The position numbers and the translations under genes are program-made. DNA of 63,229 bases, filler included, from Pirum gemmata (taxonomy: Eukaryota): the NCBI GenBank assembly GCA_002812295.1. It is 18 parts of 18 records of this genome, joined end to end, with 100 filler letters (N's around TTAATTAATTAA, not from the genome) between each part and the next. Parts side by side here need not be neighbours in the genome. Positions count along the whole stretch, not along the records: positions 59,929 to 63,229 come from PDIN01002869.1; 17 more parts are not named here. The stretch is one strand, 5' to 3'. The notes under the pieces are model-generated. The model did no database searches. It was not told the DNA's origin and worked only from the letters and a program-made list of their open reading frames with translations. This document shows, piece by piece, positions 63,209-63,229 of this stretch (position 1 is the first letter of the stretch; every line of letters begins with the position of its first letter).

Positions 63209-63229
63209 CTAGTTTACCATATATATATA

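Overview
Very AT-rich, microsatellite-laden eukaryotic nuclear DNA with GT-AG introns and TTAGGG arrays. The gene set (NADK2, RIC1, astacin, EGF domain, GLUT-type transporter) fits a unicellular holozoan such as an ichthyosporean; this taxonomic call is inference only. The window is not contiguous: 17 identical 100-nt linkers (N44-TTAATTAATTAA-N44) join 18 contigs, most about 3.3 kb, so only within-contig neighbourhoods mean anything. Spliced gene fragments: an NLR-type LRR gene with 84-nt exons, HSP20, RIC1, a 7TM-like protein, NADK2 and xanthine dehydrogenase/aldehyde oxidase. Intronless genes: a TM-EGF-polysaccharide-lyase fusion, a myristoylated Tyr/Pro-motif adaptor-like protein, a GLUT-type transporter, a secreted penicillin-V-acylase/bile-salt-hydrolase, and a CAP-domain gene apparently nested antisense in an XDH intron. 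There is also an astacin pseudogene, Ty1/copia gag and RT relics, and at least five MITE families. The main unannotated signal is a decayed Fanzor/TnpB C-terminus (58863-59143), invisible in the ORF track, followed by a hairpin-rich candidate omegaRNA. All family assignments come from motif recognition by eye; no searches were run.
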